Origin: Felis catus
Taxonomy: Eukaryota
Assembly: GCF_018350175.1 (NCBI RefSeq)
Contig: NC_058368.1
Location: 238,888,001 to 238,952,000 of the forward strand
Reading direction: 5' to 3'
Length of the DNA: 64,000 nucleotides
In this document: piece after piece, positions 24,680 through 37,157 of the stretch
Position numbering within the stretch: position 1 is the first letter of the stretch
Layout: each line of letters starts with the position of its first letter
Position numbers and translations under genes: made by a program
Notes under the pieces: generated by a model
Seen by the model: only the letters and a program-made list of their open reading frames with translations
Told to the model about the DNA's origin: nothing
Database searches by the model: none

Positions 24680-25600
24680 AATTGAATGTCAGATATTAAG
24701 TGGGGTACCCGGAATACAAAATCCTAAACAAAATAGTAACCAAATCCAACAGTATGTTTGCAAAGGAAAACCCACCATTACTAGGCTGTGCTTAACCCAG
24801 AAAATTTCGGTTGTTTTTACATTAGCAAATTACTGTAATTAACCATATGAACAGAATAAAGGAGAAAAACCACATGATCATCTTCAATGGCTGCAGAAAA
24901 AGTGATAAAATTCATCCATTCACGATAAAAAATGTCTTGGCAAATTAACACTACAAGGAGCTTCTTTAACCTGATAAAGTCTATCTATAAAAACACTATG
25001 CATCACACACCCTCTAGAATGAAAACATTAAATCTTTGACAGTAAGTGCTGGAAACATGGACCGACAGAAACTAATACACTTCTAACGGAGCATCAGTGT
25101 AACCATTCTAGAAATCATCTGAAATTATCTGCAGCAAAGGCGTTAAGAACATGGTTCAGGAGTTAAGTGAAACACAAACATAATGGGACACAAAGTTAAT
25201 AAGAACCAAATGGGATTTTAGAACTAAAAACATGTAATTTCTGAAATTAAAAATCCATTATCTACACAGGCCCAACTGCAGAATGGATGAGGCCTGTGAC
25301 AAGGCAGCAGAAATGACCCCAACAGAGGGCAAGAACGAAAGATGGGGAAAAAGACCCGAAGTCTGGGGACCCGTGGGGATGCTACCAAGTGGTCTGGGTG
25401 TAACTGGGGTCCGGGAGGGAGGGTGGGACAGAAGCTGGATCGAATAACCATGTTGAAGAAATGGTGGCCAAAACTTTCCCAGATTTGATGAAAATTATAA
25501 ACTCACAGGTCTAAGAAGCTCAACGAAACCCAAACAAGAGGAACATAAAGTAATAGCGTGGGGAGCGTTTCCAACAAGCCTAAAATGGTTGAATGCTAAA
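24680..25600 (+). mobile_element. Degenerate LINE-1 fragments between the two 3' ends
   Basis: ORF2-like 'cagaataaaggagaaaaaccacatgatcatc...ttctttaacctgataaag' and ORF1-like 'aaaactttcccagatttgatgaaa...gaagctcaacgaaaccc'. Confidence 0.7.
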
Positions 25601-26079
25601 ATCTTTTCAAAAAAATTAAAAAAAACGGTATGATGAAAGAAATTGCACTCCCCCGCAAAAACCGTATTTGCTGTGACATGCTTTCCTGCTAAGTTGCAGA
25701 GAAACTGATGCCAAAGGACACAGCCACGACCAGACAGGAGGGAACCGGGGAGGCCACCCCGGTTCCTGAGGGAAACGCCCGACCCCCGACCGCCAGTGGC
25801 AGAGCCCGACGACACACGCAGGCACCTGTAGGCCTGCCTGCTCTTCTCCATAAATTAAGTAGGCTCGGTTTAAAAAAGTACTTTGTTTTACCTAGAAGCC
25901 AAGTATTTACATAAGATAAGAAGTTTCCAAACTAAAAATCTAGTATTTTGTCCGTGTGTGCTCTAATTTTCAGAAATGCACTGTAATTGTAAGCAAGAGA
26001 GCGCCTGGGGAAATACTTCCACTGTCAGGCAGTGATGTCACAAAATGGTATTTTTAATGTTTCCCCAAACTGTGTTACT

Positions 26080-26085
26080 TTTATT
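26080..26085 (-). terminator. Putative CEP72 polyadenylation signal
   Basis: tttatt on + strand is AATAAA on - strand, ~585 nt after the stop; an ATTAAA lies at 26053-26058. Confidence 0.55.
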
Positions 26086-26348
26086 AAATCTTGGAACGTA
26101 TCTGTCCCACCTGCGCCTAGCTTGCTTCATGAAAGAATTCAGTGAGAAAATCTCAGTCAATTTATAAAAAGTCACTTTTTAGAATGTTAGTTTATCTTGT
26201 CACACAAAATTATTTAATGATCACACCCACGCTCTTTAGGGAGAAAAATACTGCATTTTATCTCAAGATATTTCACGGAAAATTAATGATGCTGGTCTCA
26301 AAAAACATCAATATGTCTTGTCTCAAAACATGTGAAGGGCTTGAATTA

Positions 26349-26352
<4 letters not shown>

Positions 26353-26398
<46 letters not shown>
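26353..26398. repeat. Pure T46 tract (A46 in the CEP72 3' UTR sense)
   Basis: Read directly from the sequence. Confidence 0.95.
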
Positions 26399-26400
<2 letters not shown>

Positions 26401-26668
26401 AATCTCAGGAGCATGGAGTCAGAGGGAGCCACCCTGGTTAGCACTTCCCTGCAAACACTACCCCCACATGTCCTTGTTCACAGACTCACCTACAGGCAGA
26501 TCGATCCCATCTTTTCAGGGGGTTTTAGAAAAGCGAGCCGGAGGCCCTGAACACGTTTCAAAACTTCAGCCGATTATGAACGGGAGGCAGAGCTCTGCCC
26601 CACCATCGTACCAGGTAGAAAAGAGCTTCCGCGGTTCACTAGGTGTGCGGAGGCGGCGCAGACGCGGC

Positions 26669-26810
26669 CTAGCAGCCGCCGCGCGGGAACAGGCCCAGCG
26701 TCTTCTTGAGCTCCTTGTAGCTCCAGTGCAGCTGCTCGACCTCGGCCTTGTGCCGCGCGCGCGCCTGGCTCAGTTCCTGCAGGAGGTGCTCGTTGGTGCC
26801 GACCAGGGAG
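26669..26810 (-). CDS. CEP72: CEP72 exon 12 (SLVGTNEHLLQELSQARARHKAEVEQLHWSYKELKKTLGLFPRGGC*)
   Basis: Acceptor ctccAG at 26811; phase 2; TAG at 26671-26669; total CDS 1896 nt = 631 aa. Confidence 0.93.
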
Positions 26811-28288
26811 CTGGAGGAGGGCGCGGGGGAGCGACGCCTGAGCACCGCCTGCCGCCTCCTCTCCAGCAGCGTCCTCCCTCACCTGGCCGGGGCCCTCCCC
26901 GTCCACCCCGGTCCCCGCGGCCAACCCCTTCCCGTCTCCCACCGGCTCCCGCTCCCGCCATCCGCCCCCGGCCTCCAGACCGCGTGAGGCTACGCGTGAC
27001 CCGAGCCCTCGGCCACCAGGCCACGTGCAGGCTCAGCACCCGGACGGACGAAGGCAACGGACAACGGAGGGGTGCCTCGCTACTCCAGCCGCACCTGTTT
27101 TCTGAGAAAACCATCATCACCTTCCCAGCTAGCAGAACAATGTTCTCATTCTGGAACAGATCCAAAGACTGACATATTTCTATCTCCCGGTCCAATGTAA
27201 AGGGGCTCCCTGAATAATTCTGACATAGTGATAGCGTAACTGAAGAGTCCTGGTTTTACAGTGTTGACCACGATTGCCTTTGGAAGGACTTCAGGGAAGA
27301 AGCGGCCCTGTACTGCCCACTCGGCCATCTGCGAAGCGCCCTCGCCCCCCCAGTCGGCAGTGACCAGGGATAGATGGGAGCGGGGCCATCTTCCCATAGA
27401 CGCATGTCCCCGACGACAGACCTCCTGTGCAGGCACCAGCCGTCTGCTCCGGCCAGGCTAAGGCCCAGAGTGGAAGAAGTCAGCGTGGACCACCACTGCC
27501 CCCCACTTCCACCCGCTGCACGGCAGCCCCATCCACACGCAGCCCACAGTGCTGCAGATGGGGGCCCATCGGGTTCTGGGAGCCATCCTGCCTCGCCTGT
27601 CCCCCCCTGCACCCATGACGGCTACCTTTTGCTCCCTTCCGCTGCTCCATCTGTGCTCCAGCTCATCTCCCAGGAGCCCCTTCCCCTCTGTACCTCGTGC
27701 TTGGGGTGGGCCCGCTGACCCCCCAGCGTCACAGCCTGGCTCCACCTAGGGCCGTGCTGCACTTGAGCCCGGGGGAGGTGTGTGGGACTCAGCCCAAGGT
27801 GGGGGAGTAGGGGTGAGTTGGGCTCAAGCTCCGCACCTCCACAAAGTACACCTCATACCACCCAGTGAGCGGCACGCCTCCTCCCTGCACCCGCTTCCCA
27901 GCACACGATTCTCTGGATAGAAACTGGGGCTCCGCCTGGACAGCCCCCACACTGCCTGCTCCCTTCTCACCACCCGGCACACAGCTGGGAGTAAAGGGGG
28001 AGGCCCCGCGCCCTAGGAGAACTGACAGGAACCACGCCAGGTGGACCGGGACAGCCCAGAGTCTCTCAGCAGCTCTCACCCACCCCTCACAGACGCCGCA
28101 GCAAGAAGGGACGTGCCTTTCCTGAAGAAAGGGGAGCTCAGGGGAGTTCTAAGTCAACCGGCGACGCGTGCGGCCCAGAACCCCACCTGCTGTGATGCCA
28201 CCAGGCGGCTCCTCCGTGTACCCTGCTGTCACTGGGGCCGGCCCTGCCTCCCCCTGCCCCCCCCCCCCCCGCCACCCCGGGCAGGCAC

Positions 28289-28400
28289 CTGTGGCTCTCC
28301 TGCAGCATCTGGGTCAGCTCCCAGACCTTGTCGTAGTGCTCCAGATGCTGCTTCAACTCCACGATCTCACCAGAGAGCCTCTTCACACTTGTTTCAAGTC
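28289..28400 (-). CDS. CEP72: CEP72 exon 11 (LETSVKRLSGEIVELKQHLEHYDKVWELTQMLQESH)
   Basis: tttcAG acceptor; AG|gtgcc donor; 112 nt; coiled-coil-like sequence. Confidence 0.93.
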
Positions 28401-29862
28401 CTGAAAGAGAAAAAAAGTAGCATCATTTAGTGAAATTGAATGTGTTGGAGTGTTTCATGTCCTGAAAGCTAAAATAGTTCGAGTTTAAACTGGATTGGGA
28501 CACCAAAGACATATAGCTTGGAAAAGGTCGGTTTCTGTAAGCAACTCAAAAACCACCTTGGGATTAAAGCCTTGGGCCTCTGCCCTCCGGACACCCACGG
28601 AACCACAACCCCGCATGGAGGGTGGAGAGTGGAGACAGAGGTGGGCCTGGTGCCAGCTGGAAGCTCATTCCACTGATCTATGTGCTGGCAGGAAAGGGCC
28701 TTCAGGGGTGTCTCTTCCACCAGGCAGCAAGCTCTGCCCTAGGGGAGGCCTTGAAGCTTTGGGGACAAGCGACAAGAGGCCCGCAGTGGCCGTACGTCTC
28801 TGATGTGTCCTCCGCTCCCAGGCCCATCAGTGACACACTGTGTGTTTGGACTCCATCTACGTGACTCCTGTCTCTGGGCTTCCAACTTGTGAGGAGAAGA
28901 AATATATCATTTCTTGGCTCCCAAACCCCAAAACCAGGATCCAAATAAATCCGCACACAGACACATGGCTGTGGAACTACACAAGTCCAGAGACAACAGG
29001 AGAGCCAGAGCGGGAAGGTACGGGAAGAGGTTCAGTGAGGACACGGATAGCAGGCTCCCACAGCAAAGGCAGAGGCTCCCAAAAGCACTACGATGGGACG
29101 ACACTCCTCAGCATCCACATCCACCTGCACTTACACCGGAGGGTGAGTGGAAGGGATTGTGGGAAGAGGACAGTGAAGGCACAGTTTCGGCATCCCCCAG
29201 AATCCCCATAGTAGTCTAGCACCAAGAGTAACTAGATGACAAAACTGGAGTCCCAAAGACGACCTTTCAGCACCTGGTGGTGAGGCAGCCTCAAGACCCA
29301 AACACGAGAGCCACAAGCCATGCATGGCTTCATCTGTGGGAGAGGAGCAGCGGTCAGGAGGGGGCAGCTGCTAAGTGTCCCCTATTTTCACAAGAAATCC
29401 CTGCAGGGCAACTGAGGACCCGCGGCTGACACGAGAGGCTCGGCCTCCCCCGGCAAGGGCAGACCAGAGGACCCCGTGTGGTCTGAAGGGACTGGAGCAA
29501 CCCTGGGCCCTCAAGGCTGGCCTGCCCAGTCCCTTCCAGAGCAGGGCCGTACCACAGAGGAACAGCTGGGGAGGGGCCCAAGTCGTGCAGGAGAGGACAC
29601 CAGAGGCAAGCGGGAGAGTGAACAAGGCCTGGGAGTCCCCCAAGGGGCTGCTGAACTTCTCTGTGAAGTTTGACGTGCTGCGTGCTGTACTCCTGGACAC
29701 TGAGAGGACGAATTCCATGTGCAAGTGAACAGCACAGAGCACTAAAGGCAAACCCCACACACAGCTGTTGCCCCTGGACAACAAGAAGCCATACTCGGGA
29801 CACATCAAAACCAGGACTGGATATTTCAGAATGAGCTAAGGACAGAAAGGAATGATATAAGA

Positions 29863-30055
29863 GGGGTGCCTGGGTGGCTCAGTCGGTCAAGCATCAGACT
29901 CTTGGTTTCAGCTCAGGTCGTGATCTCACGGTTTGTGAGCTCGAGCCCCACGTCGGGCAGTGCACTGGCGGTGTGGAGCCTGCTGGGGACTCTCTGTCTC
30001 CCTCCCCAACTCGCACTGTCTCTCTCAAAATAAATAAATGACCTTAAAAAAAAAA
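29863..30055 (+). mobile_element. CanSINE
   Basis: SINE head and A tail; TSD aaggaatgatataaga / aagaaatgatacaaga. Confidence 0.92.
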
Positions 30056-30447
30056 GAAATGATACAAGAAATGGAAGAACAACTTAGTCAGAAATGGGAA
30101 TGTCAGAGAGGAGGCGGCTGGCCTCAGGCACAAGCTCACAGCAAAGGAAAGCTTCACGAGAAGCGAAGGCTGAGCAAGTGAAACAGGACAATGACATCTC
30201 AGGAAACAGGTGAAAAGTGGAAAGTTTTTACATGAAAATTAAAGAAGAGACTATGACGAACTCTTAGCATGCCATGAAACAGCCCGATAAACACAGCGGA
30301 AGAGGCCTGAGTAGGTGCGTCACAGACGCCTGCCCAGAGCGAAGGTCTTGTCTGTGGCTGCGCTCCCAGGACCAAGCCCACAGAGAGGGCCTGTGACGGG
30401 CCGTAGCCCGGAGACATCTGCTCCGTGGCCCTTTAAGAAAAGTTTCT

Positions 30448-30676
30448 GGGGGCGCCTGGGTGGCGCAGTCGGTTAAGCGTCCGACTTCAGCCAGGTCACG
30501 ATCTCGCGGTCCGTGAGTTCGAGCCCCGCGTCAGGCTCTGGGCTGATGGCTCGGAGCCTGGAGCCTGGAGCCTGTTTCCGACTCTGTGTCTCCCTCTCTC
30601 TCTGCCCCTCCCCCATTCATGCTCTGTCTCTCTCTGTCCCAAAAATAAATAAAAAAAACATTGAAAAAAAAAAAAA
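30448..30676 (+). mobile_element. Young felid SINEC_Fc
   Basis: Near-consensus, CpG-intact body; perfect 15 bp TSD aagaaaagtttctgg (30435-30449 and 30676-30690). Confidence 0.95.
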
Positions 30677-31191
30677 AGAAAAGTTTCTGGACCCCTGGGG
30701 ACCTCGGTGGGGCAGTCCTCAGTGAAGTTAAAACCTCCCAGCGACTTTGTGGTTTGCACCCAGATGAGATTCACGGAAGACACAAACTACCACCAGCCCG
30801 TCACTGAAACCCCAGAATCTGACCTTGAAATACCGAGTGCACTTTTGTAAAAATGGCAAAATAGAAATACAGTGAAGAGAGGGAAATGAAAGTGACCTGG
30901 CTCTGGAAGAAACGTGACAAAGAGGAAAAGCACCATGCTGCTGGGAAGAGCCAAGGAGACAGAGGAGTGACCGCGTGCATGCTCGGGGAGGCGGGCAGGG
31001 GGCTCCCCGGTCCGCGGCATTGCCAACAACACAGACCACATCCGAGCTTTTAGGGGTCTGCTCAGGCCAAGTGGGAGCGTCTCTCAGCCCTCAGGACATT
31101 TTACAGTATTTACTGGACCTGAAGTCTACCTATGAGTGTTTGAACACTTACACTTCACCAAATAATGTTACCAAATAAACCACAAACTCAC

Positions 31192-31318
31192 CAGTAATCT
31201 GCAAGTTTAACGTAGCTGCAGTGTCTGCATTTTTTACTTCTTTTTTCAGGCTGAACAAAAGAGCCTTTAGGCTACTATTCTCCTCCAAAGATTTGTCTAG
31301 ATGCTGTCTCAAGTCACC
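31192..31318 (-). CDS. CEP72: CEP72 exon 10 (GDLRQHLDKSLEENSSLKALLFSLKKEVKNADTAATLNLQIT)
   Basis: ccttAG acceptor; G|gtgagt donor; 127 nt, phase 0 to 1. Confidence 0.93.
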
Positions 31319-33794
31319 CTAAGGACACAGAACAATACACTTAAGACAGATGAGTCAAATTCAGTAAAACGTATATAGAAAACTAAACTTTGGAAATCAC
31401 CAGACATTAGTTTTCTTTTATATCTCATAGCCAACAAACCACAATGTGAACGAGAGAAATCACAACTGCCCCCAGCTGAGCAGGACAGTGTACTTCAAAG
31501 GGGACAGTGAGAGGGGTGGCACAGTTCACGAGGGGGCAGGTGGTGTCCCCGGAGTCCCTGGGGAGGGTGTGCTTCAGCAGGAGAGGAGATGTGCTGGCTG
31601 CCGGAGCCCTGCCTCCTCCAGGAAGGCTCCATGGTTATCACAGCCTGGCTCCCCCTCTCTTCTCAAGGAGCAGGAACAAGGGCTGGGCAGTGTGCCAGCC
31701 CCAGGTGGTCCCTCTGGGCTCACTTCTTGGGCAAGAGCGCAGGCAGACCCCAGGGCTCCGCACTACCCCCAAGCAGGCACCTCCCTGCAGCCTGTAAGTG
31801 GATGGAATCAAGCCTGCGGGAACTGCAGACGGAGCGGGCTCCCCTCGCACCTGGAGACAGAGGCAATGCCCAACACGCCACGGGACATTAAAAGGGAGGA
31901 GAGGGGACCGAGGCCACTGTGAGAGCTAGTGGCATATGACCCATCAAAGCCACCTTGCCTGCAGAGAAACCAGCACGCGCACCCCCACCAGAGGAGTGAG
32001 TGTCTGTCTCAAAGTGACAGGGGCCCTTTCAGGAAACTGCTACGCTCATTCTCCTCCCCAACAGCCCAGCCAGCGCACTGGCCCCTCTGTGTGCACATAC
32101 GCTAGGGCACTACAGAAACTGTTACACGGCCAGTTATGTCCGACGACTCGTCTCCCGAACACGTGGAGTTCTGAGAGGGCAGGGGCCGGGCCCCAGTGCT
32201 GACCGTCTCAGTGGAGGCTGAAGCAGGGACAGTGGACAGACGGCGCTCAGATACGTGCGACACTGCTGCCTAGAGCCAGGCTGGACCGGCTCGGGGGCAG
32301 GGCTTTCGCCAAGACCGGCTCCCCGGGCACTGGGATCTGAGGAGACACGACTGCAGAACCGGCGTCCTCACAACGGGGAGGAAACCAGGGTCAGCAATGG
32401 GCCCTTCAGGAACAAATGACTTCCTCTGTGAGAAGTACCTCCTGGCTGACTCACCACAGGTCTCCTGACCGAGCTCCACTGACCACGCCTCCCCTCCCCT
32501 GGGATGGGGTCAATGGGGTGAATCTCAGAAACAACTGAGCAGGGCTCTTGGGCTTCCTGATGGTTCAAGACTGCTTGTCCGGGCAGGGCCTCTCACTGCC
32601 CCCAGCCAAGGTCACCCTGTAGGACAGGGTCAGTCAGACCGTCCACAGAGGTGAAGGAGCGCGACTTTCACACTAGACTGCATCACTGTGGAACGGACCC
32701 CAGGGGCCCGTCTGCATGGATCCCACTGGTCCCACACTCAGCACTGTAAGGGGATGGGCTACCTACTCAACTGCACCAAACCCAAAAGCCGTGGCCTTTT
32801 GTTTCCATGGTTAACTGGCCATGCCGCGTCCCATGGGGTCAACACTGTCCAACAAAAAGAACGTCTACGCAGTGATTATGGTTCAGGGTCACAGGGCTCC
32901 AGTCCTTTCTGGACACAGTCACCACTTGTGTGCACACATACATGTCCACAGTGCATCCATCTAAAGACCAGAGGCCGCCAGTATCATTTCACCATTTTTT
33001 ATCTTTTTCTCTAAAAGTAAAGCTTCGTGTGGGATCTCTGAAATGGCAGCTTCTCATATAGATGGTATCAGGTGTTCCAGAGACCTGTCTCCCAGCAATC
33101 CTGTGGCTATTCTCAGTCCCATCTTCTGAAAGACACGGCTGACGCTGAGGCTGGATGGGCAGCTGCCAAGACGGCCCAGGGGTGCTCCCGCCGTCACGGG
33201 GCGCCCTCCCCTCATGTGGGTGGACCTACTGACTGGATCCCGAGCAACACACTATGCAGAAGTGCTGACACGTCCCTCTCAAGAGCAGGTAACAAAGGAC
33301 GACCTTCTACCGGGCCACTCCCTGGCCCTGAGGAGCAGCTGCCATGCCGTGAGGGCCTCGGGTGGCCTAAAGAAAGGCCCTCGTGCACAGATCCAAGGCT
33401 GCTGTGGGCAAGTCCGGCAGGGGCTACCCACCTCCATCAAGCCCTCAATTGACAACGTGATGGCAAGACCCTGAGTCAGACACACAGCTCGGCTGCTCTG
33501 GGACTCCTGACCCACAGGAGATGTCGACAATAAACCCTTGCTACTGACTGTGCTGCCCTCTAGGGTAACCTCATAGGCAGCAGTGAGGGACACCACACAG
33601 AGGGCTACGTAACTTGCGAGGACTGACTGGCTGCTGTGTCCCAGGCCACCCTCTCAACCACATGACATAATCTGTTAGTACTGACTCTTTACAAGAAGAG
33701 CCCCCTGAACACAGTCCATCTAGTAAAACTCAACCATAATACTTAGCAAGGTAAACAACTTCACCCGGCTGAGTGCACAGTAGACATCTTACTC

Positions 33795-33798
<4 letters not shown>

Positions 33799-33831
<33 letters not shown>

Positions 33832-34017
33832 TTATTTTGAGAGGACAGCACGAGAGCATTTGAGAACATACAAGACGGGCAGAGAGAGAGGGAGAGAATC
33901 CCAAGCAGGCTCTGCGCTGATTGCCCATGTGGGGCTCGATCTCACAAACTATGAGATCATGACCTGAGCTAAAATCAGGAGTCAGACATTTAACCGACTG
34001 AGCCCCCAAGCGCCCCA
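33799..34017 (-). mobile_element. CanSINE with an (AC)n microsatellite at its tail
   Basis: Antisense head 'ccccaagcgcccc'; (ac)~15 at 33799-33829. Confidence 0.88.
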
Positions 34018-35218
34018 CATGACAGACATTTTAAAGTAAAAATCGTATATATTTGAGGTGTGCACTTGAGGATACACACACAGATGGTGAAATGATCACC
34101 ACAGTCAACTGATTACTGCAGCTTCTCCTCACAGTGAACATTTCTTGGTGAGCACATCAAAGCTATTTTCATAGCAAACTTCCAGACTCACTGCAGTATA
34201 GGAACTGTGGCCCCAGACCTAGTCATCCTGCACAACCACGGAAATGTCCCCTTACCGCCATCTCCCTGTCCCCCCACCTGCCCGCCCCTGGTGATCATCT
34301 CCCACTCCATTTCTATGTATTCAACTCTTAGACTCCACTTATAAGTGAGACCATGCAGCTGATTTCTTGCTCTGTCTGGTCACCGGGCACACTGTCCTGC
34401 AGGTCCCTCCATGTTGTTGAAGACAAGACTTCCTTCTTTTAACGGCTGAGTAACAGTCCATGCTATAAGTACACATTTTTTTTAATCTGTTCATCCATCG
34501 ACAGACAGTTCGGTTTCCCGTGTCTTTGCCACAGTGGATAATGCTGCTGTGAGCACGGGGGTGCAGATCCCTCTTGGCGGTACTACTTTCACTTCCTGTG
34601 GTCACATACCTGAAAGTGGGATTGCTGGGTCATATCACAGACTTATTTTAATTTGGGGGGAGCCTCCATACTGTCTTCCATGCTCGCTGTGCCAGTTTGT
34701 ATTCCCTCCAACAGTGCACGAGGTTCCCTTTTCTCCACATCCTCACCAACGCGTTTTGTTTTTTTGATTCTAACTGCTTCTGACAGGTGACGTCTCTTTG
34801 TAGCTTTGATCTCCTTTTCCCTGATGATGAGTGATGCTGGGCTTCTTTGCGTGTAGCTGTTGGCCATTTGAATGTCTTCCTTGGAGAAATGTCTATTCAG
34901 AGCCTCCAGCCATTTCTCAGTTGGGTTCTCTTTTTGCTACGGAGTTGTGGTATTTATATATTCTAGAATTTAGCCCATTATGAAACAAATGGTTTGCAAA
35001 CATTCTCTCCCAGTCCACAGGCTGCCTCCTCACTGGTACTGTGCAGGAGCTTTTGAGTTTGATGTAGTCCCACTTGTGGAGTTTTGCTTTTGTTGCCTGT
35101 ACTTTGGGTGTCAAATCGAAAAAATCATCACCAAGACCCTATCAAGGGGCCTTTTCTCTGTTTTTTTCTGTAAGTTCTACAGTTTCAAGTTTTACATTTC
35201 AATCTTTAATCCATTTTG

Positions 35219-35438
35219 TTTTCTTTTCTTTTTTTCAACGTTTATTTATTTTTGGGACAGAGAGAGACAGAGCATGAACGGGGGAGGGGCAGAGAGAGAG
35301 GGAGACACAGAATCGGAAACAGGCTCCAGGCTCTGAGCCATCAGCTCAGAGCATGATGCGGGGCTCGAACTCACGGACTGCGAGATCATGACCTGGCTGA
35401 AGTCGGACGCTTAACCGACTGCGCCACCCAGGCGCCCC
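35219..35438 (-). mobile_element. Young SINEC_Fc nested in L1
   Basis: Near-consensus body; TSD tctttaatccatttt / tctttaatacatttt. Confidence 0.94.
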
Positions 35439-36939
35439 TCTTTAATACATTTTGAATTGACTTCTATGCATGGTGTTAAGGGTCTGGCTGCATTCTTTTG
35501 CATGAAGCTATCCAGTCTTCCCAGCACCATTTATTGAAGAGACTGTCCTTTCCCCATCATATATATTCGTGGTGTCCTTGTCAAAAATTTGTTGGCCATT
35601 TATGTATGAATTTATTTCTGGGGTCTCTATTCTGTTCCATTGATCTGTGTGTCTATTTTTATGTCAACACCATACTGTTTTGATTACTATAGCTTCCTTC
35701 ATAATATAATGTGAAATCATGGAGTGTGATGCCTTTTTCTTAATATGGGTTTGGCTATTAAGGGTCTTTTTGTGCAACTAGAAAAAGGAGAATACAAATT
35801 TTAAGAAAAATAATCACAAATTTTATAATTTTTTATTTCTGTGAAAAATGCCATTGGAATTTTTATAGAGATTGCACTGAATCTGTACATAACTTTCAGC
35901 AGCATGGGGTTTTTAACACTATTAATCTTCCAGTTCATGAACATAGATATCCCTCCATTCATTCATCCATGTCTTAATGTTTTCAGTGTTTAGATATTTA
36001 ACCTCCTTGGTTAAATATATTCCTATGTATTTTATCCTTTTTGATGCAGCCATAAATGAGACTATTTCATTTCCTTTTCAGATGACTGTTGGTGTAAAGA
36101 AACACGACTGATTTGTTATACTGATTTTATGTCTTGCAACTTTACTGAATTGATCAGTTCTAATAGGTTTTTGTTGTTCTGAGTCCTCAGGATTTTTTAC
36201 ACATACAATCCTGTCCTCTGCAAACAGACAATCTTACTTCTTCCTTTCCAATCTGGATGTCTCCTTTTCCTGCATGCTCTTGCTACTACTTCCAGTGCAT
36301 GGATATGCACGTCCTATATGTGTCCGATAGTGGGTCTTAGCTTAGAAAGCAAGCTTTTGGTTTTCTCCCACTGATCATGATGTTAGCTGTGGCCTTATCA
36401 TAAGTGGCCTATATGGTGTTGAGGAAACTTTCTTGTGTTATCTGTTTTGTTGAGACTTTTTATAATGAATGGATGTTAATTTGGTCAAATGCTTTTTCCC
36501 ATCTGTTGAGATGACTGTGTGGTTTTGATGTTTCAATCTGTTTATGCGGTGTTTTAATCAGCATATGTTAAACCAACCTTGCATTCCAGGGGGAAATCCC
36601 ACTTGGTTATGGTGTATACTTTTTTTGATTTGTTTCTTGAATTTGACTTCCTAGTATTTCACTGCAGATTTTTAAATTATGTTCATCAGTGGTATTAGCC
36701 TGTTGTTTTATTTTCTTGTGGTGTTTTTGGTATTAGGGTGATGCTGGCTTCATAAGTGAGTACAAAAGTATTTACTTCTATTTTCTGGAAGAGTTTAAGA
36801 AGGAGTATTAATTCTTCTGTGAATGTGCAATAAAATTAAGCCATGAAGCCATCAGGTCTCGGTTTTGTTTGTTGTTGTTGTTATTGGGAGGTTTTATATT
36901 ATTGCCCAATTTCCTTATTTGTTATTGGTCTGTTCAGGC

Positions 36940-37157
36940 TTTTTTTTTTTTTTTTAATTTTTATTCATTTTTGAGAGTGAGAGAGACAGAGTGCGAGTGG
37001 GGGAGGGGTAGAGAGAGAAGGTGACACAGAATTCGAAGCAGGCTCCAGGCTCTGAGCTGTCAGCACAGAGCCCAATGTGGGGCTCAAACTCATGAACTGC
37101 GAGATCACAACCCAAGCTGAAGTCAGACACTCAACTGACTGAGCCACCCAGGCGCCC
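36940..37157 (-). mobile_element. CanSINE nested in L1
   Basis: T tail and antisense body; short TSD caggcttt. Confidence 0.92.

Noticed and set aside
26468..27172. 234 aa + strand ORF
   Set aside because: Antisense shadow of GC-rich CEP72 exon 12; no recognisable domain
30448..30535. tRNA gene (A/B boxes, gttcgag)
   Set aside because: tRNA-derived head of a CanSINE, followed by (ct)n, an A tail and a TSD
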